From a virus (taxonomy: Duplodnaviria > Caudoviricetes): a stretch of 64,000 nt of DNA. Made by a program: the position numbers and the translations under genes. The stretch's first letter is position 1; each line of letters opens with the position of its first letter. This document shows positions 55,098-63,441 of the stretch, piece after piece. Under the pieces are notes generated by a model that ran no database searches, had not been told where the DNA came from, and saw nothing but the letters and a program-made list of their open reading frames with translations. The DNA is taken from IMG/VR virus record IMGVR_UViG_3300045015_000053, one strand, 5' to 3'.

Positions 55098-55898
55098 CTA
55101 GGCACTCACCTCAATTGTTGGTTTCAGCCACTGTACAAAAAGGTGTGGGTTTTCTCGCACATACGCCGGCATCATTTCGAGCGACACCACCTTGTTGCGC
55201 GACTCGTCCAGCGGCATTTGGCGGTCGAACGGGTCTTTGCCGGCCTTCATCCGCTCGGCGATCTTGTCCACGTCCGTAAATTGCGGCAAGTCGAACTCGA
55301 CGTGCATGTACGATTCGATCTTCTTCTTCACCCGCTCCGCGCCTCCCATGAACCCGAAGTGCCAGCCCCCTTTGTCCATCGTCAACACCGGCGACTTGTG
55401 GCGGAACGTGTGCATGTCCCACCGCTGTTCGTAGATCAGCCCCATCCGGGCGATCCGCGTACCCATCCAGTTGCTGCCGATCCGCAGGTTCAAGTAGTAT
55501 TGGTAGATCTCCTGCTTGAAGGCGATGTCGCCGCGATGAAGGTAGTCCACCGCTTTTTTGACGACTGCCGCGTTGGGGATCTCGTCAACGTCCGACATCA
55601 TCACGGTGTCTTCCGGCTTGGCCCCTATCTGCAACAGCCCCTGCCACGCCATCTGCCGCTGGAACTGTTCGCGTGCGTGTGGCTCGCCTTTGGGCAACTG
55701 CGTCTTGATCACCGCAAGCTTGCGACCCCACTTGGCAAAGAACTCGCGCCGCTCATTGAACAGGAACGGCTTCGGCTTCCCCGAATGGGTACTGTCGGCT
55801 TCGACCAACACGAACTTGTCAACGACCGGGTCCAGTTCGTTGAGCCGGATCGTCAGTAGCTCGAACTCGTTGAAGAATGGGAAGCAGTCGTAGATCAT
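55098..55898 (-). CDS. GT17 (MGAT3-like) glycosyltransferase
   Basis: IYDCFPFFNEFELL.IRL.EL..VVD.FVLVE...THSG, SDVDEIP, GGWHFGFMGG. Confidence 0.88.
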   Translation of the reverse strand: MIYDCFPFFNEFELLTIRLNELDPVVDKFVLVEADSTHSGKPKPFLFNERREFFAKWGRKLAVIKTQLPKGEPHAREQFQRQMAWQGLLQIGAKPEDTVMMSDVDEIPNAAVVKKAVDYLHRGDIAFKQEIYQYYLNLRIGSNWMGTRIARMGLIYEQRWDMHTFRHKSPVLTMDKGGWHFGFMGGAERVKKKIESYMHVEFDLPQFTDVDKIAERMKAGKDPFDRQMPLDESRNKVVSLEMMPAYVRENPHLFVQWLKPTIEVSA

Positions 55899-57334
55899 TT
55901 CAGCCCCTTCACGCGGATCACCTTGTTGTCGTAGACCTCGCGCAACTTGCCCTCTTTCAGCAGCCGGTATGATTCTTTCCAGTGCGAGCCGACGAACGGG
56001 TGGTGGTTGCCGGCTTCAATAGCCTCGGTCCCGATCTTGATCTTCTTGGCGTACCGCTCGTAGCCCCTGATCGGGTAGTGGTGCAACCACATTTCTTTCA
56101 GAAGGCCGATGGCCCCGGCGTAGTCGATGATGTTGTCCTGCCCCATCCCGATCTTGATGCCCTTGTAGGGGCGGTAGGCAAACCGGCCGCTGCACCACTT
56201 CCCGAACTTGCGGTCGTGGCGGTGGTAGATGGGCATCTGCTTGGTGCTGAACGGCTCCTCGATAAGATCGGTCGGCGGATGCTCGTAGAGGCAATCAGCC
56301 AGCACCGCTCCGAAGTTGGGCTGCACCATTCTCAGGTTTTCCATACCGCACCAGAACTCGTCGCCGTCGATGGGAACGACCCATGACGCCCCCCGTTCCA
56401 ACGCCATCTCCCCCATTCGGCTCTGCCACAGGTCTTGACGGTACTCGTTGGACGGTTCGTCAACGATGTGGACGTTCTTGAAAGTGGCCGCGATCTCACG
56501 GGTGCGGTCGGTCGAGGCGTTATCCATTAGGATCACTTCGTCAACGCCGTTGGCGAAGTTGTGTTCGAGGCATTCGGCGAGGATGTCCTCTTCGTTACGC
56601 ACCAGCATGGTGGCGACGATTTTCTGTCGTTGGTGTTCGAGCTTGATCATGCCGGGTGCCTCGCCGTTCGCGTTCTTGTAGTGCAAAGTGGGCAACTTCT
56701 CTTTGTTCAGGCCGTGTGCCTTGAGTTGGTGATCGATCAGGTGTTCGTGGCACCACGTCGCCGACTCCTTCAGCAAGTAGGTGTCCATCAGGTCGGGGAG
56801 CGTCATCATGACTTCCATCGTGTTCCGATCCGCGATGAACAGGTTGTCCGTCAACTCCATGAACACGCTGTTCTGGGGGAAGTAGACCGTTCCGGGCTTC
56901 GGCGAGAAGTCGATGGGGAGGCCGGTGAAGACGTAATCGGGGCGGAATCTAATGACGGTGTCGTACCTGAAGCCGTTCCGCTGTTCGTAGTCCTTTAGGA
57001 GCATCCACGCCCGCTTCAGGATGTGGAACATGCAGAAGCTGTCGTGACCCTGTCGGTTCTTGTGGCAACTGGCGTCGAACTTCCGGTACTTCTCGAAGTA
57101 GCGGTTCTTCAGCACCGCCGATTCGAGTACCGCGTTGAAGTTCGAGATCTCCACCGTCTTCGCGTTGAAGATGGCCTTCGTCTTCTCCGCGTCGATCAGG
57201 GGTGCGTCGGGCGTGCATTCCTCGCGGTCCCATGTGGCGAGAAATATGTCCGCGTGGAACTTGTTTTTCATCTGCCTGACGAACTCTTCGCTGTTGTAGC
57301 GGAGGTGGCCGGAAAGGAATATCGCTTTACGCAT
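55895..57334 (-). CDS. two-domain glycosyltransferase-like protein (C-terminal GT2-like)
   Basis: KAIFLSGHLR...YDTVIRFRPD; VRNEEDIL..CLEH...G....I.MDNASTD, W...IDGDEFW. Confidence 0.78.
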   Translation of the reverse strand: MRKAIFLSGHLRYNSEEFVRQMKNKFHADIFLATWDREECTPDAPLIDAEKTKAIFNAKTVEISNFNAVLESAVLKNRYFEKYRKFDASCHKNRQGHDSFCMFHILKRAWMLLKDYEQRNGFRYDTVIRFRPDYVFTGLPIDFSPKPGTVYFPQNSVFMELTDNLFIADRNTMEVMMTLPDLMDTYLLKESATWCHEHLIDHQLKAHGLNKEKLPTLHYKNANGEAPGMIKLEHQRQKIVATMLVRNEEDILAECLEHNFANGVDEVILMDNASTDRTREIAATFKNVHIVDEPSNEYRQDLWQSRMGEMALERGASWVVPIDGDEFWCGMENLRMVQPNFGAVLADCLYEHPPTDLIEEPFSTKQMPIYHRHDRKFGKWCSGRFAYRPYKGIKIGMGQDNIIDYAGAIGLLKEMWLHHYPIRGYERYAKKIKIGTEAIEAGNHHPFVGSHWKESYRLLKEGKLREVYDNKVIRVKGLK

Positions 57335-57336
57335 GC

Positions 57337-57903
57337 TCAGTTCTTGATGAAGAGGGGTTTGTTGATTTTGAATACCGTACCGACCTTCTTGGCGAGCATT
57401 TCGACGTAGCGGCCGTCGTCGGCGATGTCGTTGCCGGGCCACGGGGTCGTCTTCACCACGTCGGCGGCGGCGATCCAGTTGCCCAGGTCGCACTCCGTGA
57501 TCTTCGGCTGACAGCGGCAGACGCTCCAGCCGAACTCGCGGTGGAGCATGTCGCACATGACCATCTTGCAGTCGTTGCTGTCGCGGAAGACCTTCAGCAT
57601 TTCTTCGAGGTAGCCGGGGACGTAGTAGTTGTCGTCGTTGGTCAAGCCGATCACGTCGCCGGTGCAGTGCTTGATCGCGAGATTGCGATACGGGTGGCCC
57701 CAGAATCCCAGAAGTGCGGGGGTTTCGAGCATGACGAGACGTGGGTCGGCGAACGACGCGACGAGTTGTTTGGCGTTGTCGTTCGGGCCGTCAGTCGTTA
57801 TGATCGCTTCCCAGTCCTCGTGCGTCTGACGCTTCAGACAGAGGATCATGGCGAGCAGTCGGTCAACGGGGTACTTCACACGCACGCAGATGGATGCTTT
57901 CAT
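57337..57903 (-). CDS. GT2 family glycosyltransferase
   Basis: QTHEDWEAII..DGPND, RNLAI...TGD.I..TNDDNYY.P. Confidence 0.82.
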   Translation of the reverse strand: MKASICVRVKYPVDRLLAMILCLKRQTHEDWEAIITTDGPNDNAKQLVASFADPRLVMLETPALLGFWGHPYRNLAIKHCTGDVIGLTNDDNYYVPGYLEEMLKVFRDSNDCKMVMCDMLHREFGWSVCRCQPKITECDLGNWIAAADVVKTTPWPGNDIADDGRYVEMLAKKVGTVFKINKPLFIKN

Positions 57904-57954
57904 CTGAAAGCATTGTAGTCCGAAACTTTTTCTAGATTTTTTTCAAGTCTGGTG

Positions 57955-57983
57955 TTGGAAATCGAAAACAAGGTCGCTACTAT
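57955..57983 (+). promoter_or_regulatory. sigma70-type promoter of the tRNA array
   Basis: TTGGAA-17 nt-TACTAT, 5 nt before the first tRNA. Confidence 0.6.
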
Positions 57984-57988
57984 AAACA

Positions 57989-58059
57989 TGCGGAGTGGAG
58001 GAGAGGTTCCTTGTGAGGCTCATAACCTCAAGACGCTGGTTCGAGTCCAGCCTCCGTAA
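57989..58059 (+). tRNA. tRNA-Met(CAT), initiator-like, copy 1
   Basis: TGAGG-CTCATAA-CCTCA; GCTGG-TTCGAGT-CCAGC; U1-A72. Confidence 0.85.
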
Positions 58060-58065
58060 CTAGAC

Positions 58066-58136
58066 TGCGGGTTGGAGGAGAGGTTCCTTGTGAGGCTCAT
58101 AACCTCAAGACACTGGTTCGAGTCCAGTACCCGCGA
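58066..58136 (+). tRNA. tRNA-Met(CAT), initiator-like, copy 2
   Basis: D and anticodon arms identical to copy 1; U1:G72. Confidence 0.85.
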
Positions 58137-58138
58137 CT

Positions 58139-58505
58139 CAGGCAGACGGAAAGAATTTTGGAAATCTGCCAAAAGGCGTGAACCACTTACGGGTGAAAGC
58201 GTCTATACTACACGGGCCGACGATGTCCATCCAAAAGGGATGGCTCACTCGACCCAAACCCAATGAAGCCGTAGGGGTGGATTTGGGGTCCAAATAATGC
58301 GAGTTCAATCTCGCGGAAGTCACTGCCATGTTCGTCGTAAACCACAAGCCAGGGAAACAGATGCAAGCGCAGGCAGTGCGCGTTTGCACTGGCATTACCG
58401 TCAACGGACCCGCCGCCGCATGGTGCGAACGTCCGCAAGGTAATGATAAGACCAAGACTCCCTGACTTCTCATCAGAGATCAGTCGGGGATTAACTCCCC
58501 CGGCG
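58139..58505 (+). ncRNA. about 365-nt structured non-coding RNA (family unassigned)
   Basis: Helices GGCAGA/TCTGCC, CCATCC/GGATGG, GCGAG-TTCAAT-CTCGC, ACTGCC/GGCAGT, CATTACC/GGTAATG, TCCCTGACT/AGTCGGGGA; terminator follows. Confidence 0.62.
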
Positions 58506-58514
58506 ATAGCACAC

Positions 58515-58560
58515 AAGAACCCTCGCCGGGGTCAAAGCTCTGGCGAGGGTTCTTTCGTTT
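58515..58560 (+). terminator. intrinsic terminator
   Basis: AAGAACCCTCGCC...GGCGAGGGTTCTT then TCGTTT. Confidence 0.8.
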
Positions 58561-58601
58561 GGGAGACTGAGATGACGTATAAACGCAGGGGCTTTTAATC
58601 T

Positions 58602-58675
58602 GGCCCCGAAAGCTTTAGCTAGATGAGCAACAGCCTTTTAAGCTGTGGAAGAGGGTGCGATTCCCTACGGGGCTA
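58602..58675 (+). tRNA. tRNA-Lys(TTT), non-canonical (A8, T loop TGCGATT)
   Basis: ACAGC-CTTTTAA-GCTGT; GGCCCCG/CGGGGCT. Confidence 0.8.
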
Positions 58676-58681
58676 CTGAAT

Positions 58682-58754
58682 GGCCCGCTTGCTACAACGG
58701 AGAAGCGCCGAGCTTTTAACTCGGTCACGGTCGGTTCGATTCCGACGCGGGCTA
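58682..58754 (+). tRNA. tRNA-Lys(TTT)
   Basis: CCGAG-CTTTTAA-CTCGG; TTCGATT T loop. Confidence 0.9.
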
Positions 58755-58771
58755 CTCCAAATGACGTGTAA

Positions 58772-58859
58772 TTGTGTTGTCGTTGTCACCGCGAGTTGCA
58801 TGCCAACTTGCTTGACAAAATCACACTGCAAAAGACTTACGAAGCTGAATGGGAAAGAC
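58772..58859 (+). pseudogene. 3' remnant of an HNH endonuclease
   Basis: After TAA 58769 the frame reads LCCRCHRELHANLL, like the CANCHRKIHHGLI/CSNCHRKLH ends of the two intact HNH genes. Confidence 0.55.
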
Positions 58860-58933
58860 GGCTGTGTAGCATAATTGGTAGTGCGACGGTTTCATAAGCC
58901 GTGTCAGCGTCGGTTCGACTCCGACCACAGCTA
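58860..58933 (+). tRNA. tRNA-Met(CAT), elongator-like (Ile2 not excluded)
   Basis: GGCTGTG/CACAGCT; ACGGT-TTCATAA-GCCGT. Confidence 0.85.
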
Positions 58934-58989
58934 CTAACGCCTGGATTCATCTCCGGGCCGTTCTTTGACAAGTAGGTAAGCCATAATAC

Positions 58990-59030
58990 GGTGACTCACA
59001 CGTCAATTACCAGTTGACGTGTGAGTCACC
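58990..59030. other. 17-bp perfect inverted repeat
   Basis: GGTGACTCACACGTCAA-ttaccag-TTGACGTGTGAGTCACC. Confidence 0.85.
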
Positions 59031-59036
59031 TGAAAC

Positions 59037-59108
59037 GGCCCGTTCGACTTCTGGCGAGGTCAGCAGTTTTTCAAACTGTTCAGGCGAGATCGAAACTCGC
59101 ACGGGTCA
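59037..59108 (+). tRNA. tRNA-Glu(TTC), non-canonical (T loop ATCGAAA)
   Basis: GGCCCGT/ACGGGTC; GCAGT-TTTTCAA-ACTGT; GCGAG/CTCGC. Confidence 0.75.
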
Positions 59109-59174
59109 CTGCACGACATTGCGGATGATAGAACCTGTCAAAAGGTTTAGCGCCTTCTGTAATGCGTGCTACAT

Positions 59175-59246
59175 GGCCCATTCGACTTCTAGTGAGGTCA
59201 CCTGTTTCTCGAACAGGTCAGGTCGGAGCGTAACCGACATGGGTCA
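59175..59246 (+). tRNA. tRNA-Glu(CTC), non-canonical (T loop AGCGTAA, no D-loop GG)
   Basis: GGCCCAT/ATGGGTC; CCTGT-TTCTCGA-ACAGG; GTCGG/CCGAC. Confidence 0.72.
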
Positions 59247-59265
59247 CTGACGGCTTCCAAAGAAT

Positions 59266-59336
59266 GCGGGATTGATGAAGTGGTATCGTGTCACGCTTCC
59301 AACGTGAACTCGCCGGTTCGATTCCGGCATCCCGTA
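59266..59336 (+). tRNA. tRNA-Gly(TCC)
   Basis: TCACG-CTTCCAA-CGTGA; A73. Confidence 0.9.
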
Positions 59337-59393
59337 CTTGCAAGGTTCCATTTTTGTCTATAGTGTGTGGGGCAACTCAAACACGAGGCAATC

Positions 59394-59690
59394 ATGAAAC
59401 GGCAAAAGATCAAGCTCGAAGGCGGTCCACTGGATGGCGCGGAGATGGAGGTCGATGAACACATCTTCAAGTCCATCTTGGCTCAAGGTGGGCTGACGCT
59501 GGAGTGGCCCTTCGAGGAAGAAAAGTTCGATCCGATGAAGTTTACAGTCAGGGCGAACAAACCCGTGACGTATCAGGATCGAGGAATGTCGTCAATCGAT
59601 GATCAACCGATTTACGACTACGAATCGGCGTACCCTCTGTGGTACGAAAACGACAAGGACCAGATCATGGAAATGATCAAAGGTAATTAA
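59394..59690 (+). CDS. hypothetical protein inside the tRNA array
   Basis: GAGG RBS; IKLEGGPLDG motif. Confidence 0.65.
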   Translation: MKRQKIKLEGGPLDGAEMEVDEHIFKSILAQGGLTLEWPFEEEKFDPMKFTVRANKPVTYQDRGMSSIDDQPIYDYESAYPLWYENDKDQIMEMIKGN

Positions 59691-59699
59691 GTTGATCTT

Positions 59700-59832
59700 G
59701 TTGTGGTAGCTCAGTAGTAGAGCAGCGGACATGGCGAAAGCCTGTTGTCTCGCAATTTTTGCCCGCAAGGGATGCCTGATGGGATTACATTTTAATCCGC
59801 CGGTCGCAGGGTGCGAATCCTTGCCCACAACA
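59700..59832 (+). tRNA. tRNA-Lys(TTT) with 59-nt intron-like insert (59731-59789) between positions 32 and 33
   Basis: GTTGTGG/CCACAAC-A; GCGGA/TCCGC stem; removing 59731-59789 gives loop C-TTTTAA. Confidence 0.75.
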
Positions 59833-59838
59833 CTAGAC

Positions 59839-59913
59839 TGCCGAAGATTCAGTGCTGGTACTGTAGTTCGCCTTTGAAGCGAAATGTCTCAGGTTCGATT
59901 CCTGATTCGGCAA
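59839..59913 (+). tRNA. tRNA-Gln(TTG), non-canonical D region
   Basis: TTCGC-CTTTGAA-GCGAA; G8 and extra linker nt around CAGT/ACTG. Confidence 0.8.
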
Positions 59914-59918
59914 CTTAC

Positions 59919-59992
59919 CAGGGCGTGGGAAAGCTTGGAAATCCGCTTGCGTCGGAAGCAAGAGATCGGCGGTTCAAATCCGCCCGCCCTGA
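59919..59992 (+). tRNA. tRNA-Pro(CGG), copy 1
   Basis: CAGGGCG/CGCCCTG; CTTGC-GTCGGAA-GCAAG. Confidence 0.85.
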
Positions 59993-59995
59993 CTT

Positions 59996-60066
59996 CGGGG
60001 ATTGGTATAGTGGAAGCACACATGCTTCGGGAGCATGTAGCGCAGGTTCGATTCCTGTATCCCCGA
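59996..60066 (+). tRNA. tRNA-Pro(CGG), copy 2
   Basis: CGGGGAT/ATCCCCG; CATGC-TTCGGGA-GCATG. Confidence 0.88.
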
Positions 60067-60116
60067 CTGAATAGGAAGGAATAGGAAAGCCTTCCGAAAT
60101 GATCGAAGTAAAACAT

Positions 60117-60191
60117 TGTCGAGGATTGAGTGCTGGTACTCTTGTCTGCCTCTGAAGCAGAATGTCTCAGGTTCGATTCCTGACTCGACAA
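60117..60191 (+). tRNA. tRNA-Gln(CTG), non-canonical D region
   Basis: TCTGC-CTCTGAA-GCAGA; variable and T arm identical to the 59839 copy. Confidence 0.8.
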
Positions 60192-60244
60192 CTAGATTGG
60201 CTCTGAGATTTGTGTTTTTCAGAGCCGACTTGCTAAGATAGTGT

Positions 60245-60664
60245 ATGAAGAAATGCACTATTTGTCGGCAAGATAAGGCTCTTGCCGACTTCAACAAAAA
60301 GCCAAGTACAAAAGACGGATACCAGACAAAGTGTCGCAAGTGCAGTAAGCGTCTTGCAAAGGCGCGGTACTACGACAATCGCGACACTGAAATGAAAAGA
60401 ATCAAGGACCGTCAAGAAGATCTTGCTAATCGGTTTTATGAATTCAAGCGAACTTTGCGGTGCGAGTTTTGTCCTGAGACAACAGCTTGCTGTTTGGACT
60501 TCCATCACCGCGACCCGAACTCGAAGGAATTCAACATCGCATTCGCTTGTCGCCAGGGTTACTCTTGGGACAAGCTCATGGAGGAAGTGAATAAGTGTGT
60601 GGTGGCCTGTGCGAACTGTCACAGGAAGATACATCACGGTTTGATTGATTGCCCGCTCGTATAA
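60245..60664 (+). mobile_element. HNH endonuclease, stop codon inside the next tRNA
   Basis: CTIC...KDGYQTKCRKC; CEFC...LDFHH...KCVVACANCHRKIH. Confidence 0.88.
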
Positions 60665-60720
60665 CGGTAGTACAACTGACTCTGACTCAGTTAGTGAAGG
60701 TTCGACTCCTTCGTGGGCAT
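60650..60720 (+). tRNA. tRNA-Gln(CTG)
   Basis: ACTGA-CTCTGAC-TCAGT. Confidence 0.88.
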
Positions 60721-60725
60721 CTGAC

Positions 60726-60796
60726 TGAGGAATCATCTAATGGTAGGATGCAAGGCTTTGACCCTTGTCGTGGCGGTTCGAGTCCGTCTTCCTCAA
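60726..60796 (+). tRNA. tRNA-Gln(TTG)
   Basis: CAAGG-CTTTGAC-CCTTG. Confidence 0.9.
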
Positions 60797-60798
60797 CT

Positions 60799-60856
60799 TC
60801 CGACATGTTAGGAGAGAACACGCCAAGTGCGGCAGGTTCGAGGTCTGCTGTCGGAT
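60799..60856 (+). ncRNA. 58-nt tRNA-like RNA without a normal anticodon arm
   Basis: TCCGACA/TGTCGGA; TGTT/AACA; CGC-CAAGT-GCG; GCAGG-TTCGAGG-TCTGC. Confidence 0.6.
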
Positions 60857-60858
60857 AC

Positions 60859-60929
60859 GCGGGATTCGTTTAGTGGCAAGATCCAACTTTCCCAAAGTTG
60901 AGTCGCCGGTTCGATTCCGGCATCCCGTA
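60859..60929 (+). tRNA. tRNA-Gly(CCC)
   Basis: CAACT-TTCCCAA-AGTTG; A73. Confidence 0.88.
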
Positions 60930-60933
60930 CTGT

Positions 60934-61006
60934 GGGCCATTGGCATGTCTGGCGATTGCAGCGGACTGTTAACCCGCCGAGGTTGGTTCGATTCCAACAT
61001 GGCCCT
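60934..61006 (+). tRNA. tRNA-Asn(GTT)
   Basis: GCGGA-CTGTTAA-CCCGC. Confidence 0.88.
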
Positions 61007-61026
61007 CTCGCTCCAAGAAAGGCAAC

Positions 61027-61281
61027 ATGAGCAAGACAACGTATTACCGGCAGTGCCGACTTCAACGCGGCAATTGCCACCAAGTGAGTTGGATTCCCGA
61101 ACCGTACTGCGTCAAGGACAAAGTCCTGAAGCTCAAGAACAGTGACGGTGTTTGGGAGAACGGATGGGTGGTGAAGGGAGCCGGAACCAACCGGATCACC
61201 GACGTGCCGCACGCCGAAGGTTTGATTCGCGCACACCGGAAAGCTACTGGTGATTCGCTGCCGAAAGGTCCGAACAATTGA
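61027..61281 (+). CDS. hypothetical protein inside the tRNA array
   Basis: AAGG RBS; YRQC.L...VSWIP. Confidence 0.65.
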   Translation: MSKTTYYRQCRLQRGNCHQVSWIPEPYCVKDKVLKLKNSDGVWENGWVVKGAGTNRITDVPHAEGLIRAHRKATGDSLPKGPNN

Positions 61282-61284
61282 AAC

Positions 61285-61342
61285 AGGGGCAGGGTTTAGC
61301 CACCCTGATCGGTCGGGAGTAGCTACCCCGCCCGTGGCCCCT
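61285..61342 (+). ncRNA. two-arm tRNA-like element
   Basis: GGGGC/GCCCC closing helix; AGGGT-6 nt-ACCCT; GGtcGGG-AGTAGCTA-CCCcgCC. Confidence 0.4.
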
Positions 61343-61346
61343 ACAC

Positions 61347-61417
61347 GCGGGATTCGTTAAGTGGTAAGACGCATGCTTGCCAAGCATGAGACGCCGGTTC
61401 GATTCCGGCATCCCGCA
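61347..61417 (+). tRNA. tRNA-Gly(GCC)
   Basis: CATGC-TTGCCAA-GCATG; A73. Confidence 0.9.
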
Positions 61418-61544
61418 CTCCGATTTTGAAGGCTCTGGTTCCCCTTGTGGGTGGTAAAAAGATCGCGCATAATCATCACGTTGCTGCGATTGGGCTGTAG
61501 AAATCGAAACCCCCAATGTCTGCGTAGCAGACAGGGAGTAAGTG

Positions 61545-62720
<1,176 letters not shown>

Positions 62721-62783
62721 AGATCTAGTAGTTAAACAGGGGGAGAACTGGCCCCCACCCCGTCGCGAGACGGGGCTACTGAT

Positions 62784-62854
62784 GGCCCTATAGTCTAGTG
62801 GCAGGACGTAACCCTCTCAAGGTTAAGATTGGAGTTCGATTCTCCATAGGGTCA
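62784..62854 (+). tRNA. tRNA-Glu(CTC)
   Basis: TAACC-CTCTCAA-GGTTA; TTCGATT T loop. Confidence 0.9.
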
Positions 62855-62903
62855 CAGGCTCGACTACGTCCGACGCTCAGTTTTTCGGACGTTATAATTT
62901 GTC

Positions 62904-63329
62904 ATGGAGAAGACATGTTACAAGTGTAAACAATTGAAGCTTGCGGACGAGTTCTCGAAAGATACTCGGAGTAAAGATGGGTTGTGTGCGGCTTGTAGAG
63001 CTTGCCGAAGCGAGCTTAAAAAGCAGTATTACAACCGCGAACATGATGGCTTGAGGATCAAGCAGCTTGAGAAGCGTCGGAAGCTTCAGGATTGGGTTAG
63101 CACATTCAAGAAAGAGTGTAGTGTTTGCGGAGAGGATCATCCGGCTTGTTTGGATTTTCATCATGATGGCGAGAAGGAAGCAGGTATTGCCAACATGATC
63201 AATCGCAACAATATGACCGACGAAATGAGATCGAAGGTTTTGGCTGAGATCGCCAAATGCAAAGTCTTGTGTTCAAACTGTCACAGGAAGTTGCACTGGA
63301 AAGAAAGAAGAGAAGGCCCATTCGTCTAG
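62904..63329 (+). mobile_element. HNH endonuclease (paralog of 60245), stop codon inside the next tRNA
   Basis: CYKC...KDGLCAACRAC; CSVCGEDHPACLDFHH...KCKVLCSNCHRKLH; TATAAT plus 5 nt before ATG. Confidence 0.88.
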
Positions 63330-63385
63330 TGGTAGGACATCAGATTTTCACTCTGACAACCGGAGTTCAATTCTCCGATGGGTCA
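63315..63385 (+). tRNA. tRNA-Glu(TTC)
   Basis: TCAGA-TTTTCAC-TCTGA; TTCAATT T loop. Confidence 0.9.
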
Positions 63386-63441
63386 CTCAAAAGAAAGAAA
63401 CGAATCGGTATATACCCCACAGGCCGAACACAAGGGGTTTC

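Noticed and set aside
59731-59789. Group I intron or BHB intron as the class of the tRNA-Lys insert
   Set aside because: Far too short for a group I core, ends in A rather than G, and no 4-bp helix with two 3-nt bulges fits the junctions
62739-62775. Twin GC hairpins after tuf as a terminator
   Set aside because: No U-tract, and a tRNA follows 8 nt later; more likely a processing or stability element
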